Shown here: in pieces, positions 46,553 through 58,079 of the stretch
Layout: each line of letters starts with the position of its first letter
Position numbering within the stretch: position 1 is the first letter of the stretch
Origin: Amoebophrya sp. A120
Lineage: Eukaryota; Protista; Dinoflagellata
Assembly: GCA_905178155.1 (NCBI GenBank)
Contig: CAJINV010000004.1
Span: 9,940,385 to 10,004,384 of the forward strand
Reading direction: 5' to 3'
DNA: 64,000 nt
The notes under the pieces: model-generated
Databases searched by the model: none
What the model saw: only the letters and a program-made list of their open reading frames with translations
What the model was told of the DNA's origin: nothing
Made by a program: the position numbers and the translations under genes

Positions 46553-49500
46553 ATGATGCCGGAGCCAAGTGGAAGCTCGAGCTCCAGCAGTGGGCCAGCA
46601 CCACCCGTCAGGCCCGCCGGGACCTCCGCAACTTCTTCGCACGCGCCAATCATGCACAACCAGAAGAACATCTTGAAATCCCCCCACTACCAACGTAACA
46701 AACAAAACGCGAGCGCGCAGATAGCACCGAGCCTTGCACCAGCTGGTGTTCTTGACCACCAGCGGACAACAACGCGGCCCAGGCAAACAACGGCACGCGG
46801 CTCCTCTGCTGGTGGTTCCCCTGTTTTAGATGCAGTGCTCTCCACGACCGCGTCCACGAGACCAGCTGCTGGCGCGGCCAAACGCAGCACGCCTGTGATA
46901 TCGCCTCCCAAGTCAGCAATGGCTTCCTCGCGACAGAACAAAACCACATCAACCGGAAGAGGACAGCACAACAACACTACATCAGGAGGGGGTCCTCGTA
47001 TTGGCCCAACTACTACGACCTCCGCGTCTGGCAGCAGCCACCACCGCCAGTCCTCAGCACTCTCCGAGGCCAACCGCCGCGTTGCGTTTTTCCAGGGGAA
47101 GCTGGTGAGACTGGGGAAGGCCTTCGCGGACATGGTGCGGAAAGCGGACCAGGAAACGTGTCGGAACGCGCATCTGGAAGCCAAGGTGCAGTTCCAAGCC
47201 ATGCAGCTCGAGTACCTGTTTGAGCAGAGATTCGGCACTAGTAGCGGAGATGACCAGGGAGGCGGTGGAAGTAATAAGAGTGACCCGATGAACAGCGGGC
47301 AGGGGCAGACAAAAGCAGTGGAGGAACTGAAAGACTTGATGAAAAACTACATGAAGCAGTTTCAGGAGGTAAAAACTTCAATTCGTCTTGTAGATCTCAA
47401 AGAAACACTGACCATTGAAATTGATGCCTTTTGAACGTCCAGCGCAATCTGACGCACAGGCACTTCACCTCCACCCTCGCAATGTTTTTTCTCCGTATGA
47501 GCACTGCCATCATAATTTACTGTCAACACTTCATCAGGCCGAAGACGCCCGGCTCGATGCCTGTCGACAAGACGCTGCGAGCGCGCAAAGGACCTTTTCC
47601 CAGTGCTGGATGGACCGCGTGGAATCCTCTTCTCCGAGCAAGCGGGCCCGCGGCGGTTGTGCCTCGGAAATGAGTCATCCGTTCGCGAGCTTAACGGTTG
47701 GTGAGTATCTGCAGCCGCGGTGGAAGCGACTTTCGAAACCAAGTGCTCCGGGGCCGCTGGATCAGCAGCTATTTCATCTCGCAGGTCGTGGCGGAGATTT
47801 TTATGGCTCTTCTGGTATGATGCAACAAGGTCAAGGAGGTAGCGTGCCCAGTTCTAAAGTCAACTTGAACAGCGCTGCACACCATGAACGACCAGGGGGG
47901 CGGAGTGCTAAAACTGCTGGCAGTAATACAAGCACCTTTATTCCCGCGCGATCAGGCACGACGGGCGCGTTGTTGCCGTCGAGGAAGCTTTCAGTCTCCG
48001 CAATTAGCGAAGAGGATGAAATGGAGATGATGCAAGAAGCTAATCCGGGGAGTTCGAGTTCTTCTTCTTGTGCATTTCGGGATGCCTCACCGCCAAAAGA
48101 TAAAGCAGGTGGTGTACTAAAGGCAAAGCCTGCAGATGCAACAGCGATGAAAACTGAACCTTCAAACAGTTCCTCTTCGGCACCAGCGGCTCCGCCCTAT
48201 CCTGGAAGTGGTGGAAGTGCACGGACCACAGAGGAAGCAAAGCCAGCACGTGAAGTTGTAGATCCGGGGTCCGTCGACAGCAGGCTTTTCGTCTCGAATG
48301 AGAAACGGCCGGGCACTGCGGGTGATCTTCGGAATTCCGCTAATTCCTCCCCAGTTTCCGCGATCAAACGCATGGACTTGCGGGATGCGGATGAAATAAT
48401 AACCGGACTCTCTCCAGATAAAGATGAACATCATCAGAAGGATTTCCCGCAGCCGAAGCGGCGGGCATCGGACCTGGCGCCGCCGTCCTTGCCGGTGGTC
48501 GTGGGGAGCTGTGTGGTCAACAAGGGAGATGATGAGAGCTCTTCTTGCTTGTTAGAATCCGGCGACGGTGTAGCAACATCTGCAAAAGAAGAAGTCATGG
48601 GCCACCCGCCCCACACTACTGTCACAGTAGAGTCTGGTACAAGCACAACTTCTTCTTCGTCCTCAAGTTCATCGATCTCGCCAGCCGCAAAATTTTCAGC
48701 GGCGATGACGACGGGGTACAAAGCACTTTTCGGGGCGATGTTTTCCTCTGGAGCTACAGGGTCCGCATCTTCTGCTGAAGGGGCAGCTAGTGAAGACCAT
48801 GTGACAGCACAGGAGGATGACGTACACGTAGATGAAAAGGAGCCGAAGCCACGAAGTTCCGACTCGTCGAACAGCAGTAAAGGTGCGCAAGAGCCGATGT
48901 CCTCGAGTACGACGTTGGAGCAGGATGGAGGAGAAGACGAAGACAATTTCACTTCCACTTCCGGTGTCCCTTCCTCCAGTGAGATGAAAAGCGAGACAAG
49001 GACAGAGAATGATGGGAATGCAGCCCCACGACCTCCTCCAGGAGAGCAAGCACGAGCACCTGGCAACATTCCTCCAGCTCCGAAGACGAGAACCTCCAAC
49101 GGCCCTCGCCCGCCGCCGACGCCCGGACTGGCGATCAGCTGCTCGCCAATGGAAGAAGTTCTTGTGGATGGGAGTCATCTTCAAGAACTTAATGCTATTC
49201 CTGCATTAAACAGCACAACTATTTCGGACAGTGCCCGCTCCTCCGCACTCAGTGCCGCATCCTCTTCCACGCACACCCGAGATCCCTCGCCCTCCAAAAT
49301 CTCCCAGCAGTTGAGCGGCTACTTGCACAAACTCCCGGTATCTGCCGCGAAGACGATGAATTCTCCAGAAGTTGTGTCAAAACAGGCGCGGGACTCTTTG
49401 AATTCGAATCTTTCTGGTCTCTCGCCGGACAAGGAACTGCAGGAGTTGCATCTTCAAAACCAAGAACCTCTGAAGAGCGCGAGACAAACGCCGATGCACG

Positions 49501-50213
49501 TGAAGGAGCAGTTGAAGGGTTTGTTGATCAATCCAAAGAACCGGAGTTCGAAAAATTCCGTCGTGAATTCCCAAAGCAACTCGAAAGAAACGACCCCGCG
49601 AGAGGTTGAAACTACAACAAGCAGTAAAAATGTAGATCCTGGTGTAGAAGCAGCAGCAGCAGATGTCAAAAAAGGCGTAGAGAGAACGCTCTTTGCAACC
49701 GCGGTGGCGGGACCTGGGGTCACGATAGCGCCGGGAAGTGGAGGAACCGGAGCACGTACAGCAGGTGGTGCTCCTGCTGAAAGTCAACATCTGTACATCA
49801 ACGCAGAGCAGCAGTCCGTCTCCTCGCTCGCCAGCTCTGCGATGTCTTTGTCACGCCCCGGGTCAGATCGGGAAACCTCTTCTCTTCAAACCGGCGGCGC
49901 GGTAGTGCAACAACTAGGTCGTGGTGCTCCACCACGCGAAGAAGATTCATCGCCGGTGGATGTTGATCCACCAGATGTTGCTGGTACAGTTGATCACGAA
50001 GATGATGATTTTGGCATACCGAAACAGGCGGGATTTTCAGCTTCAAGCCCCCTTGCGGAAGATCTTGATCACGATCACGTTCTCATGTCCGCACGCCGAG
50101 CCATCGCACGAAGCGAAGAGATCGAAACCAGGAGAAAGGCGGAAGAGCAGGGAGACGCTGAAGCTGCCTTGGGGCAGCTGAAAGAGGTCGCAAAGGTGGA
50201 ATTTAACCACTGA
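46553..50213 (+). CDS. Hypothetical Ser/Pro-rich protein with a coiled-coil segment (about 1189 aa), 2 exons
   Basis: ORFs 46553-47434 and 47415-50213 are joined in frame by GT-AG intron 47369-47459, which has a CTGAC branch-like site. Confidence 0.75.
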
Positions 50214-51157
50214 CCTGAAGCTGCTGCGAGCAACTGCTTTGTAGAATTTCAATTTTTCGTTTCGGAGCTATTCGTCCTTTGTCGCATTCAGTCACACTCA
50301 CACATAGCATCATGCGTCTCTCTTCCGGAGTCAGTTTTTCAAAGCGGCATACGTAAACGCAAAAAAAAATCTTTGGGATAAACTGGTGAGACTTCTACTA
50401 CAGACATTTTGCGTGGAAGATCAAAATCAAATCTGCTCGTGCTCCGAAAATTCAAATGCAGAAAGTTAAGAAGCTCGTGTTTTGTTCGTTCGGTGAGAAA
50501 ATGGATCCAGTCGACGTCTACTCGCTGTCTAAACATAACTCTAGCAAAGCTGTCACAGATCAAAATCAGAAGCAGAAGGATCGTACAACTAGAGGAAATG
50601 CATAGAAGGATCTTCAAAGCAAGTGCGAGCTCTCACACTTCGCCCTCCCTCGTCAACATAATGTCTTCATCTCTCTTATCATTATCTATCAGGTTAGGTC
50701 CTCATGGTCGTGTAGAAGTAGAGGATCTGTTACAACCTTGCGGTCACAATTAAACCCTACCTGCCTGTCACGGTGCAAGACAAAAAACGATCCGTAAAGA
50801 AAGTTTAATATACAGAAATAAGTACATACTTAGAACCGCCGAGTAGAAGTAGAGAAACTTGAAGTAGGACTTTAATACATCCATCCTATTCTAATTTTTC
50901 GAGAAGACCACTCCTTCTAGTACCTTGCGCTACAACCAAAACCAATCACCACAAATCTTTCCACTTTACATCGAACCATTATAGGGCTGCGGGACACGAC
51001 AAAGGTGGATTTTGGACACATAAGTACGCGCTACTTGAGCACATCACCGTTTGTTTCCACGGTATTTACATTGTGCTGTGTCCATACACCGAATCTATCT
51101 TCTTGAGGCCAGGTGGTCTATCTTCACTGTGCTTTCAAAAAAACTGCTGCTGCAAAA

Positions 51158-54100
51158 ATGTCGTGGCGTGCGGAGTCGCAATTTGTCACTCAGCAGCAGG
51201 TATCAAATGCAAAAATGTCTGGGTCTGGAAGGTTGGAACTTGTGATGCAAACTCTGGAACACACAAAAACTTGTGTTGCATGAGCGCCAAAAGCTGTCCA
51301 TTTCTTGGCACGCAAGTAGGAAGCTTCTCATGCGGGACAGGCATCACGAGGCGTGCTCAAAACCTGTGATGCTCTTGCATGCATCAGACGCCATTTGCGT
51401 GATCCGAAATATGCATGACAAGTCTCAGAATCTTCCAGACCCAGACATTTTTACATTTGATAGCAGGAGAATGAGAAAAATTTCATGAAAATCGCAAAGA
51501 AGATCCGCGACATTGGGAAATTGGAACTGCATATCAAAAGAAAAAAGTTCGTCACGATCACTCATGGGCATTTTTGCAATACAAAATTGTCTGTCATGCG
51601 TAAAAATGCATCACAGCCACACTTCATAAGGGATTTCTCTAGTGTTTCTGTTCTGCAATACAAGGAGAAGTTGTGATGCTAAAAAAATTTGTAATGCAAA
51701 GCCTGCAACTAAGTGACTGTGACAAACTTTTTTCTCTCAATACTGCAAGCGCATGTCGAGGCAAACCAGCAACAGAAATTGCAGCAGAAGGCAGAGTTGT
51801 TGAACGAAATCGCCGAAGTGAAAGTCGATCGGAGTTTTTGGAGCAAATTCGACGACGTATTGGTTTTTTCGTGTTTGATATGCATATGATGACGATGTAT
51901 TGATGCACCATTATTTGTAGTTTTTGCTTTTGGCATGATCAAGATCACGTCTGGCTGTCGCTTAGTCTCAATCCAACCTTTAAATCCGTTAAAATTAAAT
52001 AAAAACAGATCTGGGCCCTCCTTCCACCAAAAGCGCAGCAGCGGATCGAGTTTCGCAAGGCACAGGCCGACGCCGAGGAGAGAAGGAAACAAGAGGAGAA
52101 AGAAGAACGAAAACAGCGCAGCCTGAACCACGTTGAAGAAGATGTCAGGAGAGCACCAGTACAGTTCATAATTTTGGTTCTTGCATATCAACATGATGAG
52201 GAGAACACATCACTAGTACTTGCATCAACATTTCAACAGAATGTTGACATGTCGCACCTCTGGTCGTGCTAGTTCGACTTTGACCCCAACATGCTATAAT
52301 CTTCATACACAATTACTTGACCAACTACAGGAACTCAACTTCGTGGTTCGTCACGAGCGGCCGGTGACCGACATGTGCTACGACGAGCAGATATGGAAGC
52401 GTCAGGTTTGAAATCGTCAAAGTCGAAATAGTTTGCCATGCATAGAATGCAGCCCTCAAAGTGCCTGTCGTGCAGAGTAGGCAAGTAAGGCAGGTTGTAA
52501 GCCTCTTGAGGGGTAGAAACTGAGCTGCTAAAGTAGCATGACAAAAGGCGTCTTTCTTACCCAAACAGCATGACAAACTGGATTCCGGCTCTACCTAAAT
52601 TTGTCATGCGCCACTTAGAAACTGGTTCACAACTTTCATCCATTTTGTGCATTACAAGTTTTTTCAACTTTGTCGATTTCAATCCTGACACATCCATAGC
52701 AAACCGGCTTTCTCTATTCCAGTTCCAAGGACAAGGCGGTCGTCCGGTGGGACGTGCATATCCAAGAAAAAAACGTTGTTAGTGTAAGTTTGTGATGCGG
52801 AACATGCAAGATGATTGCCTCTGTCATGCTTGGCATGCGTTGTAGGGTCCACTAGAGGGCGTTTTCACGTGCTATCTGCGCATGACAGGTTTTTGCTGTC
52901 ATTCCAGAGAGATTTGTAATGTTGTTCCTCCAAAAAACTTACACCTACAATTTTTTTTTCTTGGATAGTGCAGGGGCACAAGATAGTAGCGCACACGACC
53001 CTGTGTGGGCACGAGGGCGCGGTCTGGTGCGTCGACGTGCACCGGGGGGAGGTGGTAACCGGTGGCGCGGACGGGCTCTTGATCTTCTGGTCCGCAGACC
53101 CAAATGCCGGCCGGGGAAAGAAGGAGAAGGTACCTACATACTTCGTGAAAAGTAGATTTTTCGTAACATATTACGCGGTGCGAAAGCGCTTGCTTACCTT
53201 GACGTACGCAAACACTTTTTGAATTTGCCATGTAGATGTACAAGAAATATGTTATTATACACGGTTTTACATCAAGCGACAACCAACCTCAAATGAAAAC
53301 AGATCCAGCAGCCGCACAAGGTCCAGAACTATGGCGGGATTATCAAAGGGCTCCGGGTGCATGACGCGGGGATTTGCCTTTACACCGACAAATTCGGCCC
53401 GAAAAACCCGGCGCACATCGCCTGCCTTTCCCGTGACGACCCCACGCAGGTGATCTGGAAGACCACGGACATTATCAAATGCAAATATGTCTGGGTCTTG
53501 AACGTCACAACTTGTGATGCTGTCTGTGGATTCTAAAAAAATTTGTATTGCATGACCAGCAAGAGGGGTCGGGTTTGTCCTACGTCGAGAGGGCATTTCT
53601 CATGCGGTAGAGGTATCACAAAGCCCCCTAAAAATCTGTGATGCTACGGCATGCATCACAGAAATCATGGCTCATGGAAAATATGCATGACAAATCGAGA
53701 AATCTTGCACCAGACCCAGACACTTTTGCATTTGATAGACATCCACTGCAAGATTAACCAGCTGATCTGGGGTCCGGTGGGGCAGCCAAAAATCTTTACC
53801 GCGCACGACGACGGTAATTTGAACATCTGGGCCGGAGCGGGCGACGGCGAGGGCGGCGGAAAGTTGATGAAGAGCGTGACGACGCTGCATGACAAGGCGA
53901 TCATATCGATGAACACGCACAAGAACTTCATCTTAACAGCCTCCAGCGACATGACGGTGAAGGCAATAAATTCCGGATCCAAGGACCTCCCGGTTTGCTT
54001 TCACGCCAAGGCGAATAGGCCACTCAGAGCAGTAGCGGCATGGGACTTCCCAGAGGAGAAATGTGAAAAAATTTTTCAAAATGCTTATGCATTGCAAAAG

Positions 54101-54894
54101 TGCCGCTCTTATCGTAAGCGGACTATGAGTAGAAATCGCAATACAAACTTTCCCAAAAAGAGTAAGAGATGAAGAAATGCATATTTTCCATGCTTTTTTC
54201 CTTCAGATCATCGATCTGTTATGCATGAAAAGCACACGAATCCAAAACCACCAGGTTTCGCCTTCGTCTACGGGGGTGGCCGGGATCCGAAGGACGTGAC
54301 AACTTCCTACCTTCTACCGGATGAGTTCGACTTTTACCAGTCCTACCTCGGCGAGTCGCAGTCCACCATTATGACCAAAAACGGGTCGGCCGGGCCGCTG
54401 CACCGGCTGATTTGGGTGATATGGATTGCAAAAATGTCTGGGTCTGGAAGATTGCAACTTGTAATGCTGTCTTTGGATTCCACCAAAAAAATCTGTATTG
54501 CATGACCAGCAACAGGACTCCAGTTTGTGTTACGCGGACGAGAGGGCATTTCTCATGCGGAATAGGCATTAGGAAGCCCTCTAAAAATCTGTGTTGCTAG
54601 ATCATGAATTAGAGGCATCAATCATCATACAAAATATGCATGACAAGTTTGCATTCTTTCAGACCCAGAAATTCAAATTTTTGCATTTGATAGGTGAACC
54701 CGCTGAACAAGGTTTTTGCGGCTAGCGAAGATGGTGAAGTGAAGATGTGGGATATCCACAGAAAAAAACCCATCCACATCCAATTTGTCGTGCAAAACAC
54801 GTATCAAATCATGTGTTTGTCATGCAAAAACTGGATGTGGATGGGTTTTTTTCTGTGGATATGGGACGCAGAAACGCTACACCAGATGAGATGA
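51158..54894 (+). CDS. EIF3I: eIF3 subunit i (TIF34)-like WD40 protein with an N-terminal coiled-coil extension
   Basis: After splicing: RHERPVTDMCYDEQTGFLYSSSKDK, TLCGHEGAVWCVDV..VVTGGADG, FTAHDDG, ILTASSDMT, RPLRAVA, YGGGRDPKDVTTS, GPLHRL, ASEDGEVKMWD, matching the eIF3i motif order. Seven introners plus GT-AG introns 51857-52008, 52144-52330, 53130-53302, 54063-54254. Confidence 0.75.
51201..51462. mobile_element. TIR introner, family A
   Basis: Family A TIR; DR GCAGG. Confidence 0.95.
51532..51742. mobile_element. TIR introner, A-tract type
   Basis: TATCAAAAGAAAAAAGTTCGTCAC...GTGACAAACTTTTTTCTCTCAATA; DR CTGCA. Confidence 0.9.
52392..52698. mobile_element. TIR introner, family D
   Basis: TATGGAAGCGTCAGGTTTGAAATCGTCAAAGT...ACTTTGTCGATTTCAATCCTGACACATCCATA; DR GCAGA/GCAAA. 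Confidence 0.9.
52759..52967. mobile_element. TIR introner, A-tract type
   Basis: TATCCAAGAAAAAAA...TTTTTTTCTTGGATA; DR GTGCA. Confidence 0.9.
53473..53737. mobile_element. TIR introner, family A
   Basis: Family A TIR; DR GACAT. Confidence 0.95.
54420..54692. mobile_element. TIR introner, family A
   Basis: Family A TIR; DR GGTGA. Confidence 0.95.
54753..54861. mobile_element. TIR introner, family E (minimal, 109 bp)
   Basis: About 30-bp perfect TIR TATCCACAGAAAAAAACCCATCCACATCCA; DR TGGGA. Confidence 0.95.
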
Positions 54895-56043
54895 TAGGAG
54901 AACCCGAGATGAATCTGATGTTCTTCCAAGTTCTGTGCCGCGCCGATGTAGTTCTTGCCGACGGGCGATTGGGTGGGTTGCTATGCAGTTTTTACGTACT
55001 CAAGCAGCCTGCTGACCTTCATTTTCCGCCTTCTGGAGTTTAGTGAATGACGGTTCATACTGCGCATTCGTGTGGTAACAGGGACGAGGCTATGAAGATG
55101 CAAGAAGACAAACGCTGCTGACATAAGCAGGATGGCAATGGATCCAATATCGGCCAACTACATCGAGTAGACTTGTTCCTTTTCAAAACTTTTTCAAGAT
55201 ACATGACAGCGCCCGTCATGTATTTCAAAGGCTTTTCTAAGTTGAGCCGATTCATCATCGGCTTCAAGTAGTTTGGTTTCCATCATCGACTACTGATATG
55301 GAAGAAGTTGCACACATGCAATCGCGCCGCGCGCCCGCGCGTCACCTTTTTCATCAAGGACAAGTTTTTATACGCAGAACAAAAATCGACACTTCTTTAT
55401 CAACTGTTCAACATTCCACTTCATCTGAAAAGGAGAAACCTCCGCCTCCGTGGGAGACCGCGAGGCAGGGAACTTTTACACAGATTAAAATGACAACAGA
55501 AATCTTCGATGAAAGCAAGCAAGCGGGGAAGCAAACGCATAGTAAAATCGTGGCGTTGATACGTCACAAAAGCCAAAGCACTCAAATCCAAATGCGCAGA
55601 ATGAAGAAGATTCTGCATTTCGTTCGCGAAGATGCGGGGGCACTTGTGTTGCGCCGTTGTTCTCTCTGGAAAGAAGATTAAGTTTTTTTTTCAGTGTTCC
55701 GCCCGCGGATGAAGATCAAGATGCCACTTGTTGTCCCAGACCGCAGAAGAGTTGCGACCGGACACAGGCGACGCGCCTCGCACCTGGAAGGGTGGGGCCG
55801 CGCAAGCAAGAGGCACCCGCCCCGCCCTTCGCCGGCTGTGAGGTGATGGCCTTGCCCAACGTAGCGCGCCGCCCGGAATAATGAACGGAACGCGCGGCGC
55901 CATAGCGCCTGCCGCGATTTCTCCCCCGGGCCGGGCGGAGCGGCGGCCCCCCTGGCGTCGCCGCCGCGCGCTCTGTGCTGCTTGTCGCGCGCTTGCGCCC
56001 GTAGGGGGGCCGAACAAGGGGGGGCGCCTGGTCTTTGGCAGGA

Positions 56044-56098
56044 CCGGTCTCGCGTCGCCTTGCCGCCGGCGGCCGGCGGCAAGGCGACGCCAGACCGG
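56044..56098. repeat. Near-perfect 55-bp GC-rich palindrome
   Basis: CCGGTCT-C-GCGTCGCCTTGCCGCCGGC-G-GCCGGCGGCAAGGCGACGC-C-AGACCGG: 27-bp arms, one mismatch, 1-nt centre. Confidence 0.9.
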
Positions 56099-58079
56099 AA
56101 GGCCGGCGGCCTTCCCCCGGGCGCGCGCCACCGCCCGGCGCGAGGGAGGTGGGGGGTGGGGGAAGGCAGGGGGCCCGCAATTATGCAGGCCGGCGCCCGG
56201 GGCTTTGAGGAAGGTAGAAAGGGGGAAAGTATCGGCCCGGTGTTTTGTTCGCGCAGTATTGCGCAAGCACAAGCGCAACAGGGCCACCGGGCGCGCCCCC
56301 AAGGACGTCAGCAAGCGTCGCCCTGCCTCCAGGCATTGGCCCCCCCCCCGTGGGTGGCCCATGTTGGTCTCGCCGAGAAACGCGAACGGCCAGCCCCCGG
56401 GAGAAGGCAAAGGCGTTCGCCGCGCTCCTGTTCAAGCTAGGCGGGGCCTTGGGTGTTTGTTCGGTGTTTTGGTGGGTGGCTCTCTGTAACAGGCAGGGGC
56501 GCATTTGGGCTCCGCCCGGGACCGGGGCCCCGGGCTCTTCAAGAGCCTTGGTCTTGGTCTTGTGGGCAGACCACCACCGGCCCGAGGAGCCCACTGGGCA
56601 GGGGGGCAGCCGAGGTCGGGCATGTTGCCCGACTTCCACAGGGCCGCCAACGACGAGAACAAGGGCAGCAAGCCACCGCCCGGCGCGAGGGGACGGAGGC
56701 AGCAAGTGGCAGGCGGGGGACGGCAGGAGGCCCGCAGCCATGGAAGTGGCTGCCTGAATGTGTGTGGCCGCTCGGCTTGCCGGGTGCCTTCCCTACCTGC
56801 AAGCAGGAAGGCTAGCGGGCCCAGGTCGCCCGCGTAGGATTTCCGCCAAGATCAGGGGGCGGGGGCTCCCTTTCAGCAAGGAACCGCCGCGCGGCGGCAG
56901 TTCGCTTCGGGCGGCCCAGCCGCTGTGGCCCGAGACATTCTTTGAGGGGGTGCCGCATGTGGTCGCCAGGGATCCATCAGCGGCGCAAGGTCCCGCGTGG
57001 TTTTCGTCTGGGGCTTCGGTGTCAGCGGCAATGTTCTGGGCAGCAACTCGGTCACGCGCACGGACTCCCGGCGAGCATCTCGGGCGGGCATCTCGGTGAT
57101 GGCAGCCGGGCTCCCTTGTTCCGATGTGGACTTGGCTCAGCGGCACGACCGCACGACAGTGACAGAATTTCTGGCGAAGTGCCTGAAGGAAGCGCGCGAA
57201 GAGTGCCCGGCGTGGAAGAGCTCACACCATTACACCAAGGCCGGCAAAGCGGAGCGGGCGGGGCAGGGAGGGGGGCGCGGGCGTATCTGCGACGCGTACA
57301 CTGCGCGCGCCCGTGTCCGTCGCCGGTCCGGAAAGCCATGGACGCACCCCCTCGAGCGGCGGCCCTGGTGAAAGTGCCAAATCGGCGCGCCGGGGGTGGG
57401 CTTACACGCATGGAGAGGCCCTCTGTGCGCCCGGTCCGGTGTGGGCCTGTGGATTGTGTGGCCGCGGCGCGCGTGTGTTTGTTTGCCCGCCGGCCTCCTC
57501 TGTTGCATGCATGCGCTTGCGCCCTTTCGGGCCGCGGGACCGCCGGGCGCCTGCGTGGCTGGGTGTGTGCGCCGGCGCGAAAAGGGGCACTCAGACGAAA
57601 CGGAGCCAAGAAAAAAACCGAAGCGCCCCCAGTCCTATTGCCCGTGGCCGCCTTCCTTGCCAGCCAACCATAGTCGGTTGCTCTGTGTTGGGAAAATTGG
57701 GCACGCAGCTGCTGTTGTTGGGGATGTTGAGTTCGTTTTTTTCTTTTTCCCAAGTACAAACAGAGAAACAATGTTTGAACCTGCGACCAATGGATCATAA
57801 TCTGAAGAGCGAGAAATTCTACGTGGACTACGCCCGATGTCGGGAATGCAAAATAGAGAGCTCGAATCAAAAGAAAGTGTTAGTTTGTGTTGACAATACA
57901 AATGATGAAGCACATCACACCGCCATAATTGGTGCTGGTGCTGTCGTTTTTGGTCTTAATTTTTTTCAACAACACCTCATCCGTGTTTGCAGGCACAGGC
58001 ACGACACAGGAATGATTTCGGGACATCTGTATATTTGTTCGAAACAAGTTGTGTAGTTGGAAGGAGTCCAAAAACAACG

